Assembly: GCF_001194135.2 (NCBI RefSeq)
Contig: NC_068995.1
Span: 10,629,848 to 10,686,293, forward strand
DNA from: Octopus bimaculoides
Lineage: Eukaryota
Direction: 5' to 3'
DNA length: 56,446 bases
The position numbers and the translations under genes were made by a program. Shown piece after piece: positions 1-12,478 of this stretch. The notes under the pieces are model-generated. The model ran no database searches. It was not told the origin of the DNA and saw nothing but the letters and a program-made list of their open reading frames with translations. Position 1 is the first letter of the stretch; each line of letters starts with the position of its first letter.

Positions 1-678
1 CCACCCTGGAATAAGATGCCAACATTATAATAACACAAGTAACATGGCTGCATTCCCAAGTGGCCTACTGCTCTGATTCCTGTGAATGAAGCCACGTACA
101 GAAAATTTGATATAAAAAGAAAAATCATAAAAAATTGTTTAACCCTTTAATATTTGAACTGGCCATATCCAGCCAAAACATGCTGCCGTTTGTAAACCTA
201 AACTATTTTCTCCATAGGTAATTCAAGAGAAAGTACAGCGAATTCATGCAAGGATGTGCACTAAGGGAAAACTAGACAGAAACTTACACTCTACTGCTGA
301 TGGTCCCAGCTTGTCACCAACTGTTATTGTCAGCTTGTGTATTCATTACTCAAGACAGCATTCATCAACAGGGGCACCATGCATCACCCAAGATGTTTTA
401 AGTTCAGAAAACTGTTCGTAAACCAATTTGCTCATGATGAGAGGAATTCATGAACTGGGATTCCATGACAAACTTCTTTCAGTTTCCATCTACAATATCC
501 ACTCAAAAAACTGGCCAACACAGGGCTGTTGTAGAAGGCACTAGGCCAAAGTGCCAAACAGTGGGATTGAACCCAAGACTACATAGTTGAGAAGCAGACT
601 TAACCATACAGCAACTCCTGCACTCATAACAACAACAACAACAAAAAAAAAAAGCAGATAAAATTGTATAGGAATTAC

Positions 679-783
679 CTGGATGTAAAGTTGAAGACGC
701 TGCCTTCTTTGTTCCAACACTTTGTGGTTCCATTTTAACATCTTCTTTGGAGGGAATTCTGGAGTAGCAATCAGTTTCTTTAG
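679..783 (-). CDS. SNX24: SNX22/24 exon 3 (LKKLIATPEFPPKKMLKWNHKVLEQRRQRLQLYIQ); gene continues beyond the left edge
   Basis: ttttgcag acceptor, GTAATT donor, 105 nt. Contains the PX proline loop FPPKK and LEQRRQ.L..Y.Q. Visible inside ORF 541..789. Confidence 0.92.
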
Positions 784-1023
784 CTGCAAAAGTCAAGTTT
801 ACCATTATTCAAGGAAAAAGTAACCAAATTAATTTAACAACTGAAATCATTCAAACATCAAAAAAACTATCATACATAAAATGGTGGGAGCAGAGTTCTG
901 GGATCTACATTTTCTCTCATAAACTCGATGATCATTTTCTGATGTCCCTATGTCTTATTTCCAACACATGACCAGTTCCAGACCACCAATGTCTCCTAAG
1001 TGTAAGGAACTATAAAGACATAT

Positions 1024-1503
1024 TTCTGAACTCAAGTGCTTCAAAGCCAAAGCTAAACTCATGCTGAAGTGTTAGTGCTAAACTCCAGTACTTCAGAACT
1101 ACTTTTAAACTTCAGTAGTGAAAAGTCAGCACAAACATTAGTTCTTCAGGGCTAGTTCTGAACTCTAGTACCTGAAGGTCAATGCTCAATTTCAGTGCAT
1201 AACCTCCTAATTCTGAATTCCAGTACTTCAGAGCCAGTTCTGAATTCCACTATTTAAGGGCCATTTCTGAACTCCAGTACTTCAGGGCCAAACTTTTACT
1301 CCAGTACATAAGACCTAGTTCTGAACTCCAATACTTAAGGGCCAGTTCTGAACTCCAGAACATAAGGCACACAATTCTGAATTCCAATACTTAACGGACA
1401 GTTCGGAATTCCACTACTTAAGGGCCATTTGTGAACTCTGGATCTTAAGGGCTAGACTTCAACTCCATTACATAAGGCACACAGATCTGAATTCCAGTAC
1501 TTA
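1024..1503. repeat. Degenerate minisatellite, unit about 27-30 bp (ttctgaactccagtacttcagggccag-like)
   Basis: More than a dozen recurrences of ctgaa(c/t)tccagtact with variable spacers in SNX intron 2. Confidence 0.85.
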
Positions 1504-1908
1504 ATCCTTCTGATACAAACCCACTTGAGAACGTCTCTGCTTTTATGACACAAGTTCCCTGTTTAAAAGTAATTTAAATCAAAACTTTCCATCAAAATTT
1601 CATGTAAATTTTTCATCCAAACACCAGCCTAATGATGAAAAAGTCATTTTATTAAATTCTTAATTATAATCAACGTTAAGCGAGGCCAAGGCAGCATGTT
1701 TCAACAGAAATAGGGTCACAAAAAGGTGGGAAATAAAATTCTCTTATGATATAATACTAACTTATATTTGGTAGTATTCCTGGAAAATTTGGTAGCTATT
1801 CCCCAACTGTTAAATTCATTAAAGACTAAACTGATTAAGATCTAATAGGCCAAGGTTTAACAGAAATTTTGGAAAGATAATGACAAGAATAAAGATGTGA
1901 GTGGTTAC

Positions 1909-1992
1909 CTGTTTGTGCAGATCTTCAAATTCAGTATAGCGTCTTTCGACCGAATTATATCTTCCAGACATCCATACTTGGACATAAAATAC
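1909..1992 (-). CDS. SNX24: SNX22/24 exon 2 (VFYVQVWMSGRYNSVERRYTEFEDLHKQ)
   Basis: ttccatag acceptor, GTAA donor, 84 nt, phase 0/0. Contains the PX-domain RRY.EF..LH motif. Confidence 0.92.
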
Positions 1993-2137
1993 CTATGGAA
2001 TATAATTAATGCAGACGGTTTAATATTTTCTTTCCATCCACTGAGATAAAAAAAAAGGACAAATAACTAATTTTCCAACTTAAAAACGAGAAAAAAAAAA
2101 GAAGTGGTTCTCTCCCTTGAAGTACATAGATTCTCCC

Positions 2138-2175
<38 letters not shown>

Positions 2176-2416
2176 CCATAATAGCACTTCGACAATGCAA
2201 CAAACACGTGGATTTAATATAAAGTGCTTCTTTTACAAGCCAAAGTTGTTAGCAATACAATGATCTGGTTCCCATTATCTATCTAACACGCTAAATAGCT
2301 CCATGCATGAGTGTGTGTGTGTGTGTGTGTGTGTCTGTGTGTTATGCGCGTCTGTGTATGTGAGTGTGTTCGCGCGCGCACGCATGTGTCTGTTAATGTT
2401 TTTATGCAAAGTTCTC

Positions 2417-2730
2417 TTTTACTCTTTTACTTGTTTCAGTCATTTGACTGTGGTCATGCTGGAGCACCGCCTTTAGTCGAGCAAATCGACCCCAGCACTT
2501 ATTCTTTGTAAGCCCAGTACTTTATTCTATCGGTCTCTGTGTCTGTGCTTGTCCCCCCCAACATCGCTTGACAACCGATGCTGGTGTGTTTACGTCCCCG
2601 TCACTTAGCGGTTCGGCAAAAAGAGAACCGATAGAATAAGTACTAGGCTAACAAAGAATAAGTCCTGGGGTCGGGTGCTCCGCAGTCAAATGACTGAAAT
2701 AAGTAAAAGAGTAAAACAGAGTAAGAGTAT
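2417..2730. mobile_element. Two SINE-A 3' fragments fused back to back (minus 2417-2536, plus 2537-2730)
   Basis: The tail motif appears as a reverse complement at 2417 and in forward orientation at about 2685-2718. Confidence 0.8.
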
Positions 2731-3130
2731 ATGCACACTCACACACACACACACACACAGAGTGTGAAACATAGAATGGGAAAGTATTACTACTTATTTG
2801 TAAAAATGTAATTCTAAATCAAACATTTAACAGAAAACCCGGAAAAAAAAAAAGGCGGGTAAGAAAAAAAATATAAACAAAAATAAAACGGAAACCTTAT
2901 ATTCCACTAATACACATCACAGATGTTAACAGTCTGAGGATAGAATTTCAGTCCAATATTTTTAATGGGATTTAGTTATAAAAGTTTAGCCCACCATATA
3001 TGTGCATTGTTATTTTAATTTATATTAGCACTGTCACATGATTGAAGGTTGGGTCTTTAGAATACAGCACTTGTCACATTGCAAGCGAGAGAGTCTGTTA
3101 ATAGTTAATTTCCATCATGTGAGCATTCTT

Positions 3131-3298
3131 GTGAAGGAAGCATGGCTTAGTGGTTAGGACATTTGGCTAATGATTGTAACATCGTGAGTTCAATACCTAG
3201 CACAGTGCTGTGTCCTTGAGCAAGACACTTTATTTCACGTCGCTCCAGTCTGCTCAGCTGGCAAAAATGAGTGGTAGCTGTATTTCAAAGGGGCCAGC
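3131..3298 (+). mobile_element. SINE family D, 5' part
   Basis: A/B-box-like head followed by tgtccttgagcaagacactttatttcacg. Confidence 0.75.
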
Positions 3299-4096
3299 TA
3301 CACTTTGCTTGAAAACACTGATGGGGTAGGGTGACTATGGCTAGGGATACGAGGATATACCAGTCGGCTCAAACCCAATAAGGGACCAAACAAAAAGAGA
3401 AAAAAAAAGGAAAGAAAAAGATGATGATGATGATGATGGTGATACTGGGAAAAAGATAAGATAAAATAAATAAATAGATAAAATACATTGCATTTATAAA
3501 TTAATCCTTGCATCCTAATTAGCGATTACTTGTTAATTGTATACTGATTGACAATCTGTCAAGGAGTGTGTCTGTGTGTAGTGTGCGTGCATGTGTGTGC
3601 GCATGTGTGTATGTTTTTGCTAATATATGTAAGTGTTTAACCACACACACTCATCATTGATAGCTTCAGGTGACTCACTGAAGCTGGTCAGATATAATCC
3701 TGCCATAACGTTTTCCAATGAACAGTTTCCTTCCTAATTAAAATACCTTACTTACATTATATGGTTCCAATCACTATAACCTTTGATTAGTCCAACTAAT
3801 TAGCAATCTCGCTCCTCTCACTTCACGGCATATATCTATACCTACGGACCATTTTATTGGTCAACAGAGGGCATACAGTTTGACGAGTTGTAAACGGTAA
3901 CCAGATAAATCTACCCTCCAAATTCACACCCTATTCACTTCCACCACCGCCACCACCATTTAATGTCTGTTTTCCATGCTGTCATGGGTTGGACAGTTTG
4001 ACAGGAACCAAGCAACCACATGGTTGCATCAAGTTCCAACATCAGCCTTGGCATAGTTTCTATGGCTGGGTATCCAGCCTAATGCCACCCACTTAA

Positions 4097-4491
4097 CCCT
4101 TTAGCATTTAAACAGGCCATATCTGGCCAAAAGCATTCTGCCTGTTTTATGTTCAAACTGGCCAGATCTGGTCTCTCACACCAACCCTACAATACTGTTT
4201 TAAAAATCAACAGCTACCTCATCGAAATCTCATAGCTACAAGATAATGCATGTGTAGCAAACTCATAAGAAGCGGAGAGAGAACGTAGGTTCGTTTGCCC
4301 ATGCAGGAGAAATTATTGATTTCTCATTGGTTAAAAATTACTGCCCATATACGAATTCTGAACTTCGTTGAAGAAGTCTTTCATGAAGTACGGTTCTAGA
4401 ATTCGTGTATGAGCTTGCTACACATGATTAGTTCAAAACAATGTGGATGAAAAGGCATTAATTTTGGCAGAATAATGTGAACACTAAAGGG
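4097..4491 (+). mobile_element. piggyBac-type MITE (TTAA|CCCTTTAG...CTAAAGGG|TTAA) with a 170-bp nested insert
   Basis: TTAA at 4093-4096 and 4492-4495, short TIRs, and an uninterrupted sister copy at 37603-37788. Confidence 0.8.
4253..4422. mobile_element. 170-bp TG...CA element with 15-bp terminal inverted repeats and CATG TSD
   Basis: TGTAGCAAACTCATA / TATGAGCTTGCTACA; catg on both flanks; a single catg in the empty sister site near 37720. Confidence 0.85.
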
Positions 4492-4624
4492 TTAAAACCC
4501 ATATATATATATATATATATATATGTTAAATCTCTGAACGAGGTATTAACAGTAACTGCACGACAAGGTGAAGTATATTTGCCACTTAAATGCGGCTGAC
4601 CCCTAAGGGTGGATGTTACTGTTG

Positions 4625-5027
4625 NNNNNNNNNNNNNNNNNNNNNNNNNNNNNNNNNNNNNNNNNNNNNNNNNNNNNNNNNNNNNNNNNNNNNNNNNNNN
4701 NNNNNNNNNNNNNNNNNNNNNNNNNNNNNNNNNNNNNNNNNNNNNNNNNNNNNNNNNNNNNNNNNNNNNNNNNNNNNNNNNNNNNNNNNNNNNNNNNNNN
4801 NNNNNNNNNNNNNNNNNNNNNNNNNNNNNNNNNNNNNNNNNNNNNNNNNNNNNNNNNNNNNNNNNNNNNNNNNNNNNNNNNNNNNNNNNNNNNNNNNNNN
4901 NNNNNNNNNNNNNNNNNNNNNNNNNNNNNNNNNNNNNNNNNNNNNNNNNNNNNNNNNNNNNNNNNNNNNNNNNNNNNNNNNNNNNNNNNNNNNNNNNNNN
5001 NNNNNNNNNNNNNNNNNNNNNNNNNNN
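4625..5027. other. Assembly gap (N). Other gaps: 6916-7724, 13544-13642, 23185-23194, 40704-41362, 42664-42892, 44216-44425, 54660-54682
   Basis: Runs of n. Confidence 0.98.
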
Positions 5028-6369
5028 TATTGAAAATACGTATTCGCCTTTATATATTTAATCCTTTATATTGAACACTCAATATTTCATATATTCAATA
5101 AGACATATTCCATATATTCAATAAGACATTCAATACTTCATTTCATTGTACCATCCATTTTTATATTATATATTATATATTCCATATTCTATATCCCACA
5201 TTAATTTTACAAGAATATAAATAAAACATAAAAAACAGACAGAGTTGGAACTCTTTTAAATAAAATAATATATTCCTCTATACACGATCATACAAAACCC
5301 CCTTTTTTTGTATTTATTTTTACTCATATATATATATATATACATGTATGTATGTATGTATGTATGCATGCAAGAATATATGCATCTGTGTGAGTGTGTT
5401 TCTGTGCTTGTGTGTGTCCTCCACCATTGCTTGACAACTAATATCGGTTTGTTTACATCCCTGAAACTTAATGGTTCAGAAAGAGAGACTGATAGAATAG
5501 GTACCAGGTTTTAAAAAAGCACTAGGGTTGATTTGATTGGATAAGATCCTATGAGGCAGTGTTTCAGCATGGCCACAGTCGAATGAATCAAAAAATAAAA
5601 GATGTGTGTGTGTGTGTGCGTGCGCGCGCGCGCGTGTGCTTTGACACAGCATAATATTCGTAAACGAGTGTCACTGTCATCCAGGCAGTGTCGTTTATTT
5701 CCAATATTCTTCATAAACATGCTTGGAAAAAGGTGAAGGTTGGCAACAGGAAAGGCATCCAGCTATAATAGATAAAAAAAAATCCATCCAAATAAACCCA
5801 CCCAACCCATACAAGCATGGGAAAGAGGACATTAATCCGATAACGATGATAATGGTTGTGATAAATAAACGGGCAAAACGGAACAAAAATAACCTAGTGA
5901 TTAATTATGAATACATGCGTTTGCTTAAGAGTAGTTTATCCTGTTTGTTATGATGGTGGTGGTGACAGCTGTGGTGATGGTGGAGGTGGTAGTTGTTACC
6001 GGAGCTGCTGTTTGTTGAAAATCCAGTCCCGATTGAACCAGCCTATGATTAAAAAAGTTCTTGTCATGACTACCCAACTTTTTTTATTCAGACATTGTGT
6101 ATCCAGGACTATATTAGTTTTAAAAAAATGTCCTTCCTTTCCTTATCAAACACAACAGATGGTGAAAGTTGCTAAACATTTATAAGTTGCTCAACATTAA
6201 GCTGCTAGTTCTAGTGAGCCTAGAGGCCATACAAAGGCTCTCTCTCTCTCTCATCAAGTTGTTTGACCAAAGTAAGCCCTGACAGAGGGGTCCTTTGATG
6301 AAAGGCTCTCCAGCATGGACAATCTCTACAGCTTTTCATATTCTGTTTCAGAAATACTTATTAAAACCC

Positions 6370-6761
6370 TGTGGAGACGCAATGGCCCAGTGGTTAGGGC
6401 AGCGGACTCGCGGTCATAGGATCGCGGTTTCGATTCCCAGACTGGGCGTTGTGAGTGTTTATTGAGCGAAAACTCCTAAAGCTCCACGAGGCTCCGGCAG
6501 GGGATGGTGGCGAACCCTGCTGTACTCTTCCACCACAACTTTCTCTCACTCTTACTTCCTGTTTCTGTTGTACCTGTAATTCAAAGGGTCAGCCTTGTCA
6601 CACTCTGTGTCACGCTGAAAATCCCCGAGAACAACGTTGAGGGTACGCGTGTCTGTGGAGTGCTCAGCCACTTGCACATTAATTTCACGAGCAGGCTGTT
6701 CCGTTGATCGGATCAACTGGAACCCTCGACGTCGTAAGTGACGGAGTGCCAACAACAAAAA
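6370..6761 (+). mobile_element. tRNA-headed SINE family B, full length
   Basis: A-box-like tggcccagtggt, B-box-like gtttcgattccc, (CAA)n tail, 10-bp TSD attaaaaccc (6360-6369 / 6762-6771). Confidence 0.9.
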
Positions 6762-7789
6762 ATTAAAACCCAACATTATCCAATGCACCCTTCATTTTTG
6801 TTCTAAAGGCAAGATATGACTTAAAGGAGATATACTTGCTATTTCTAGCAGCTCGAGTGGCCACAGGAAGGTTTCTGAGTTAGCTTGTTTTTTCTTTTTT
6901 TTTTTTCGTGGTTGCNNNNNNNNNNNNNNNNNNNNNNNNNNNNNNNNNNNNNNNNNNNNNNNNNNNNNNNNNNNNNNNNNNNNNNNNNNNNNNNNNNNNN
7001 NNNNNNNNNNNNNNNNNNNNNNNNNNNNNNNNNNNNNNNNNNNNNNNNNNNNNNNNNNNNNNNNNNNNNNNNNNNNNNNNNNNNNNNNNNNNNNNNNNNN
7101 NNNNNNNNNNNNNNNNNNNNNNNNNNNNNNNNNNNNNNNNNNNNNNNNNNNNNNNNNNNNNNNNNNNNNNNNNNNNNNNNNNNNNNNNNNNNNNNNNNNN
7201 NNNNNNNNNNNNNNNNNNNNNNNNNNNNNNNNNNNNNNNNNNNNNNNNNNNNNNNNNNNNNNNNNNNNNNNNNNNNNNNNNNNNNNNNNNNNNNNNNNNN
7301 NNNNNNNNNNNNNNNNNNNNNNNNNNNNNNNNNNNNNNNNNNNNNNNNNNNNNNNNNNNNNNNNNNNNNNNNNNNNNNNNNNNNNNNNNNNNNNNNNNNN
7401 NNNNNNNNNNNNNNNNNNNNNNNNNNNNNNNNNNNNNNNNNNNNNNNNNNNNNNNNNNNNNNNNNNNNNNNNNNNNNNNNNNNNNNNNNNNNNNNNNNNN
7501 NNNNNNNNNNNNNNNNNNNNNNNNNNNNNNNNNNNNNNNNNNNNNNNNNNNNNNNNNNNNNNNNNNNNNNNNNNNNNNNNNNNNNNNNNNNNNNNNNNNN
7601 NNNNNNNNNNNNNNNNNNNNNNNNNNNNNNNNNNNNNNNNNNNNNNNNNNNNNNNNNNNNNNNNNNNNNNNNNNNNNNNNNNNNNNNNNNNNNNNNNNNN
7701 NNNNNNNNNNNNNNNNNNNNNNNNTCTTTCTTTTTCGTATTTTCAGTATGAACTCAAAAAAATAACAAGCTTGTGTGAGGATTTGGAAG

Positions 7790-7821
7790 ACGAAAACTGA
7801 AAGAAGCCTGTCGTATATATG

Positions 7822-7864
<43 letters not shown>

Positions 7865-8072
7865 ATGTTTGTGTGTCTGTGTTTGTCCCCACCAACATCG
7901 CTTGACAACCGATGCTGGTGTGTTTATGTCCCTGTCACTTAGCAGTTCAACAAAACAGACAGACAGAATAAGTACTAGGCTTGCAAAGAATAAGTCCTGG
8001 GGGTTGATTTCTTTGACTAAAGGCAGTGCTCCAGCATGGCCACAGTCAAATGACTGAAATAAGTAAAAGAGA
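7790..8072 (+). mobile_element. SINE family A, 3' two-thirds (head lost in or near the gap)
   Basis: Runs from gaaaactgaaagaagcctgtcgtatat to gtaaaagag. Confidence 0.8.
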
Positions 8073-8620
8073 AATTGGTGAAAGCACCATTCTGAACTGA
8101 AATCCCACCGACATCAACCTCAACACCAGCGCTTACCCTAATTATAACAGTTTTAAAAATATTTAAAACAAAAGTACTTAGATTCCTCTTTCAAACATAA
8201 TGCTGATTCAGTCACATAATTTGAAATTAATCCTGCAATTAATTCTGCATTATGACATAGCCTTGAGATCTCCATAATGAAATTGTTTATTTTTAGAATG
8301 ACATTGTAGGGTAGGTGTGAGAGGCTGGATCTGGCTGGCGTGAACATAAAGCATGTAGAATATTTGGGCCAAACATTGCTGGAATACATATATATTTATA
8401 TATACACATGGTGTATATGAATATTTATATATGTAAAGATGTGTGTGTGTGTGCTGATGTTAGGAAGGGCATCTAGCTGCGGAATTCATGCCAAATCAGA
8501 TTAGAACCTATTGCAGCTTCACAGTTTTCAGTCAAAGGGTTCAATCCATGCCATCATGGAAAATGGACATTAAATGATGATATATGTGTGTGTGTGTGTA
8601 TCTATTTATATGTATATATA

Positions 8621-8996
8621 GGCATAGGAGTGGTTGTGTGGTAAGTAGCTTGCTTACCAACCACATGGTCCCGGGTTCAGTCCCACTGCGTGGCATCTTG
8701 GGCAAGTGTCTTCTCCTATAGCCTCGGGCCGACCAAAGCCTTGTGAGTGGATTTGTTAGACGGAAACTGAAAGAAGCCCGTCGTATATATGTATATATAT
8801 ATATGTGTGTGTGTGTGTTTGTGTGTGTCTGTGTTTGTCCCCCCAACATCACTTGACAACCGATGCTGGTGTGTTTATGTCCCCGTAACTTAGCGTTTCG
8901 GCAAAAGAGACCTATAGAATAAGTACTAGGCTTCCAAAGAATAAGTCCTGGGGTCGATTTGCTCGACTAAAGGCGGTGCTCCAGCATGGCCGCAGT
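8621..8996 (+). mobile_element. SINE family A
   Basis: Near-identical to 48402-48836; tail truncated at ccgcagt. Confidence 0.85.
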
Positions 8997-9510
8997 GGAA
9001 GCGCAATGGCCCAGTGGTTACACACACACAAATATATATATAGATAGAAAGATATACACACACACGTGTGTAAATTTGTCAGGGAGTAATTGACCAAACA
9101 CTAACCTCATTAAATCATAATGTTATCATACAATTGCAGCAAAACAAACTGTGTTTAAATAAAATATGGGATGGTCACAGCTGCAACATTTCTGATCGCA
9201 GACCCCGCTCAATCAATCCTGACCTAGGGCTAAACAACTTAAACAACAATTGTAACAAGACACTGGGACACGAAATCATTGCAGTGTATGCCAATGACTG
9301 TGTGTAATAATTAAACGACATGATTGTAATTGAAGTCAGCACGTATAGGAATGCAATAAGCACTCATTACCGTTTATCTGTAACATCATATATATGTGTC
9401 TATATATATATATATATATAGATAGATAGATGTATGCATATATTACATACACATGTGGGTGACTCAGAAATGAGTAATCTATCTATATGTATATGTATAT
9501 ATATATATAT

Positions 9511-9960
9511 CATCATCATCGTCATTTAACGTCTGCTTTCCATGCCAGCATGGGTTGGACGATTTGACTGAGGACTGGCGAACCAGATGGCTACACCAGA
9601 CTCCAATCTGATCTGGGAGAGTTTCTACAGCTGGATGCCCTTCCTAACGCCAACCACTCCAAGAGTGTTGTGGGTGCTTTTACGTGCCAGTCAGGCAGTA
9701 CTGGCAACGGCCACACTCAAATGGTGTTTTTTACGTGCCACCTGCACAGGAGCCAGTCCAGCGGCACTGGCAACGACATAGCTCGAATGTTTTTTCATGT
9801 GCCACCAGCACCAGCAGAGGTAAGAGCTCTCTGAACTTTGCCCAGGCTATTCTTATTCTAGCAGCTACACTTTCAGTGCATCCTTACCCCACTACTGACT
9901 TGGTCACCTAGGTAACGGAAGCTATCAACTACTTCTAGTTTTTCTCCCTGGAATGTTGGA
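9511..9960 (-). mobile_element. RTE LINE fragment with internal deletion
   Basis: The minus strand reads EKLEVVDSFRYLGDQ...ARIRIAWAKFRELLPLL, jumps straight to the 3'UTR and ends in (GAT)n. Confidence 0.8.
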
Positions 9961-10303
9961 ATGTGGCAGTTGTTCTCTGCACATTTTCAGTGTTTATTGC
10001 TCCTGAGCATCTGCCACATACAAAAACTATCTTCCTAGTAAGCCTACCTTTGATATTGCTGCACCTCTTATATGTCTATAGCTTACACTGGGTACATCTT
10101 ATAGAGTTTCTACCTACGCCTTTTCATATATATATTTATAATCGATTGTTTACCATCTGAAAACTTTGAGTCTGCCTTCTTTTTTCTACATGTAGCGATG
10201 TATATATATTTTGTACATGAAAACCCAAGGTTTTATCTGTTTATTTGAATCATTGTCTTTCATTTTATAACTATATATACCTAAATAAATTAATGAATAA
10301 ATA

Positions 10304-10560
10304 ACAACACATGGATGTGTCAATATACTCCAGCTGTTTCTAACAAATTTTTAATCAATTTATGGAGATGTTACATCATTAATAAAACTGTTGCAATGGT
10401 CATAGAATCATGAAGTGGTACAAGCTGTTGGCTTTTGAATGTTGTGCTTCATGTATTCACCTGATGGATACAGTTTTTCTAATGATTTAATATCTCCATT
10501 AATTGATTAAAAATTTGCTGGAAACAGCTGTAGGAAATTGACACATTATCCATCTGCTGT
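10304..10560. mobile_element. Old MITE with about 80-bp imperfect TIRs and TA flanks (Tc1/mariner-type)
   Basis: gtgtcaat...cagctgtttc...aaatttttaatcaatt.atggagat occurs forward at 10316 and as a reverse complement at 10470-10550. Confidence 0.65.
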
Positions 10561-10924
10561 TACTCTTTTACTTGTTTCAGTCATTTGACTGCGGCCATGC
10601 TGGAGCACCGCCTTTTAGTCAAGAAAATCGACCCCAGGACTTATTCTTTGGAAGCCTACTACTTATACTATCGTTCTCTTTTGCTGAACCGCTAAGTTAC
10701 AGGGATGTAAACACACCAAGCGATGCAGGGGAGACAAACACAGACACACACATACATATTACGACTAGCTTCTTTCAGTTTCCGTCTACCAAATCCACTC
10801 ACAAGGCTTTGGTCGGCCTGAAGCTATAGTAGAAGACACTTGTCCAAGGTGCCACGCAGTGGGACTGAACCCGGAAACATGTGGTTGGTAAGTAAGCTAC
10901 TTACCACACAGCCACTCCTGCGCC
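10561..10924 (-). mobile_element. SINE family A, reverse orientation
   Basis: Reverse complement of the family A head and tail. Confidence 0.85.
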
Positions 10925-11406
10925 TGTTGCTATTTATTTATTATTCACCTTTCTCGAAACCTGCTCCTTACGTAGATCCGAAATACATTATGGACCGTAC
11001 ATTTAGTTCAAGGTGCATCTCAGGACTAATGATATACTCAGTTGAGTACAGTTAATCGTATACATAACCTGAATATTTTCCTGCCTGTACTCCGATACTC
11101 GCATATGTATTCCTTTATTTTTGTTGTGTACACATTTTATGAAATTAGTATTAGCTTATCTCTCTCTTTCTTGCAGAACCCCTAGGAACCTTTTGCAGAA
11201 TCCTAGGGTTCCAGGGAACTCCGGTTGAGAAACGCTGCTATATACTATGTCATTTTGTATGCCAGAAGATATGGTAGGTGTTGTGAAAGCATAGTAGCAA
11301 GAGTAAGTATTGGCTAAAACAAAAAAGCTCAGGGACCTAATTCCTCTGTTAGCGATACAGGATTACCTCTCTGAGTGAAAAACAGATTGTATGATGCTCA
11401 TGTATG

Positions 11407-11781
11407 TTGTTGTTGTTGGCACTCCGTCGCTTACGACATCGAGGGTTCCAGTTGATCCGATCAACGGAACAGCCTGCTTGTGAAATTAACGTGCAAGTGG
11501 CTGAGCACTCCACAGACACGTGTACCCTTAACGTAGTTCTCGGGGATATTCAGTGTGACACAGTGTGACAAGGCTGACCCTTTGAATTACAGGCACAACA
11601 GAAACAGGAAGTAAGAGTGAGAGAAAGTTGTGGTGAAAGAGTACAGCAGGGTTCGCCACCATCTCCTGCCGGAGCCTCGTGGAGCTTTAGGTGTTTTCGC
11701 TCAATAAACACTCACAACGCCCAGTCTGGGAATCGAAACCGCGAGTCCGCTGCCCTAACCACTGGGCCATTGCGCCTCCAC
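11407..11781 (-). mobile_element. SINE family B, full length, reverse orientation
   Basis: Reverse complement of 6370-6761; 12-bp TSD tgctcatgtatg (11395-11406 / 11782-11793). Confidence 0.9.
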
Positions 11782-12220
11782 TGCTCATGTATGAAATATG
11801 ATACAACACGATAGTGAAACATTGGCAATGAATACAAAGGATGAGTGAAATCTGGATAGATGATCAAGAAAGCATGTCTCGCTGGAAGTGTTATGTTAGT
11901 GTGTATGAATGATGGAGCACAAGTGATCTGAATGGAATAATATGGATATAGGTAGAACCTTGCTAGGGGACAGGGTGCAAGGTCAAAGAAAAATTGTGCT
12001 GCGGAGGAGATATGACATGTATGAAGGGTGGAAAGAAGTGCCAAGGAATCAAACTTGAAGAAACTTGAGAATGCGGAAGACATAGGAGAAAGCAGCAAAA
12101 GCTGAACTTATGATAGCGAATCACACGAAAATGACGAAAAGCCCACAAGTGACAAGATGCTGTACTGTAGAAGACTCCTGAAAGTAAGGGAAAAATATAT
12201 ATGTATGGAGAGCGGTTTGT

Positions 12221-12438
12221 TGCCAGTACCTCCTGACTGGCCTTCGTGCCGGTGGCACGTAAAAGCACCCACTACACTCTTGGGGTGGTTGGCGTTAGGA
12301 AGGGCAACCAGCTGTAGAAACCCTGCCAGATCAGATTGGAGCCTGGTGTAGCCATCTGGTTCACCAGTCCTCAGTCAAATCGTCCAACCCATGCTAGCAT
12401 GGAAAGCGGACGTTAAACGATGATGATGATGATGATGA

Positions 12439-12442
<4 letters not shown>
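12221..12442 (+). mobile_element. RTE 3'UTR-only copy
   Basis: gttaggaagggc...gcatggaaagcggacgttaaacgatgatgat. Similar tails at 35226-35377, 35985-36180, 38680-38890, 43070-43280, 43640-43810, 45950-46130 and 48908-49018. Confidence 0.8.

Positions 12443-12478
<36 letters not shown>

Noticed and set aside
1-5. Start of SNX exon 4 after a ttattccag acceptor
   Set aside because: Only 5 nt are visible, so it cannot be verified.
205-420. Plus-strand open frame after tttctccatag
   Set aside because: No start and no homology I recognise; antisense to SNX and next to MITE/SINE debris.
6375-6445. tRNA-like heads (also at 34522, 36765, 47608, 53656) as tRNA genes
   Set aside because: They lack a complete acceptor stem and run into repeat bodies with TSDs, so they are SINE heads.
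11820-12110. Very decayed LINE C-terminus-like text (IKKACLAGSVMLVCMNDG...)
   Set aside because: Multiple stops and only a vague resemblance; too weak to call.
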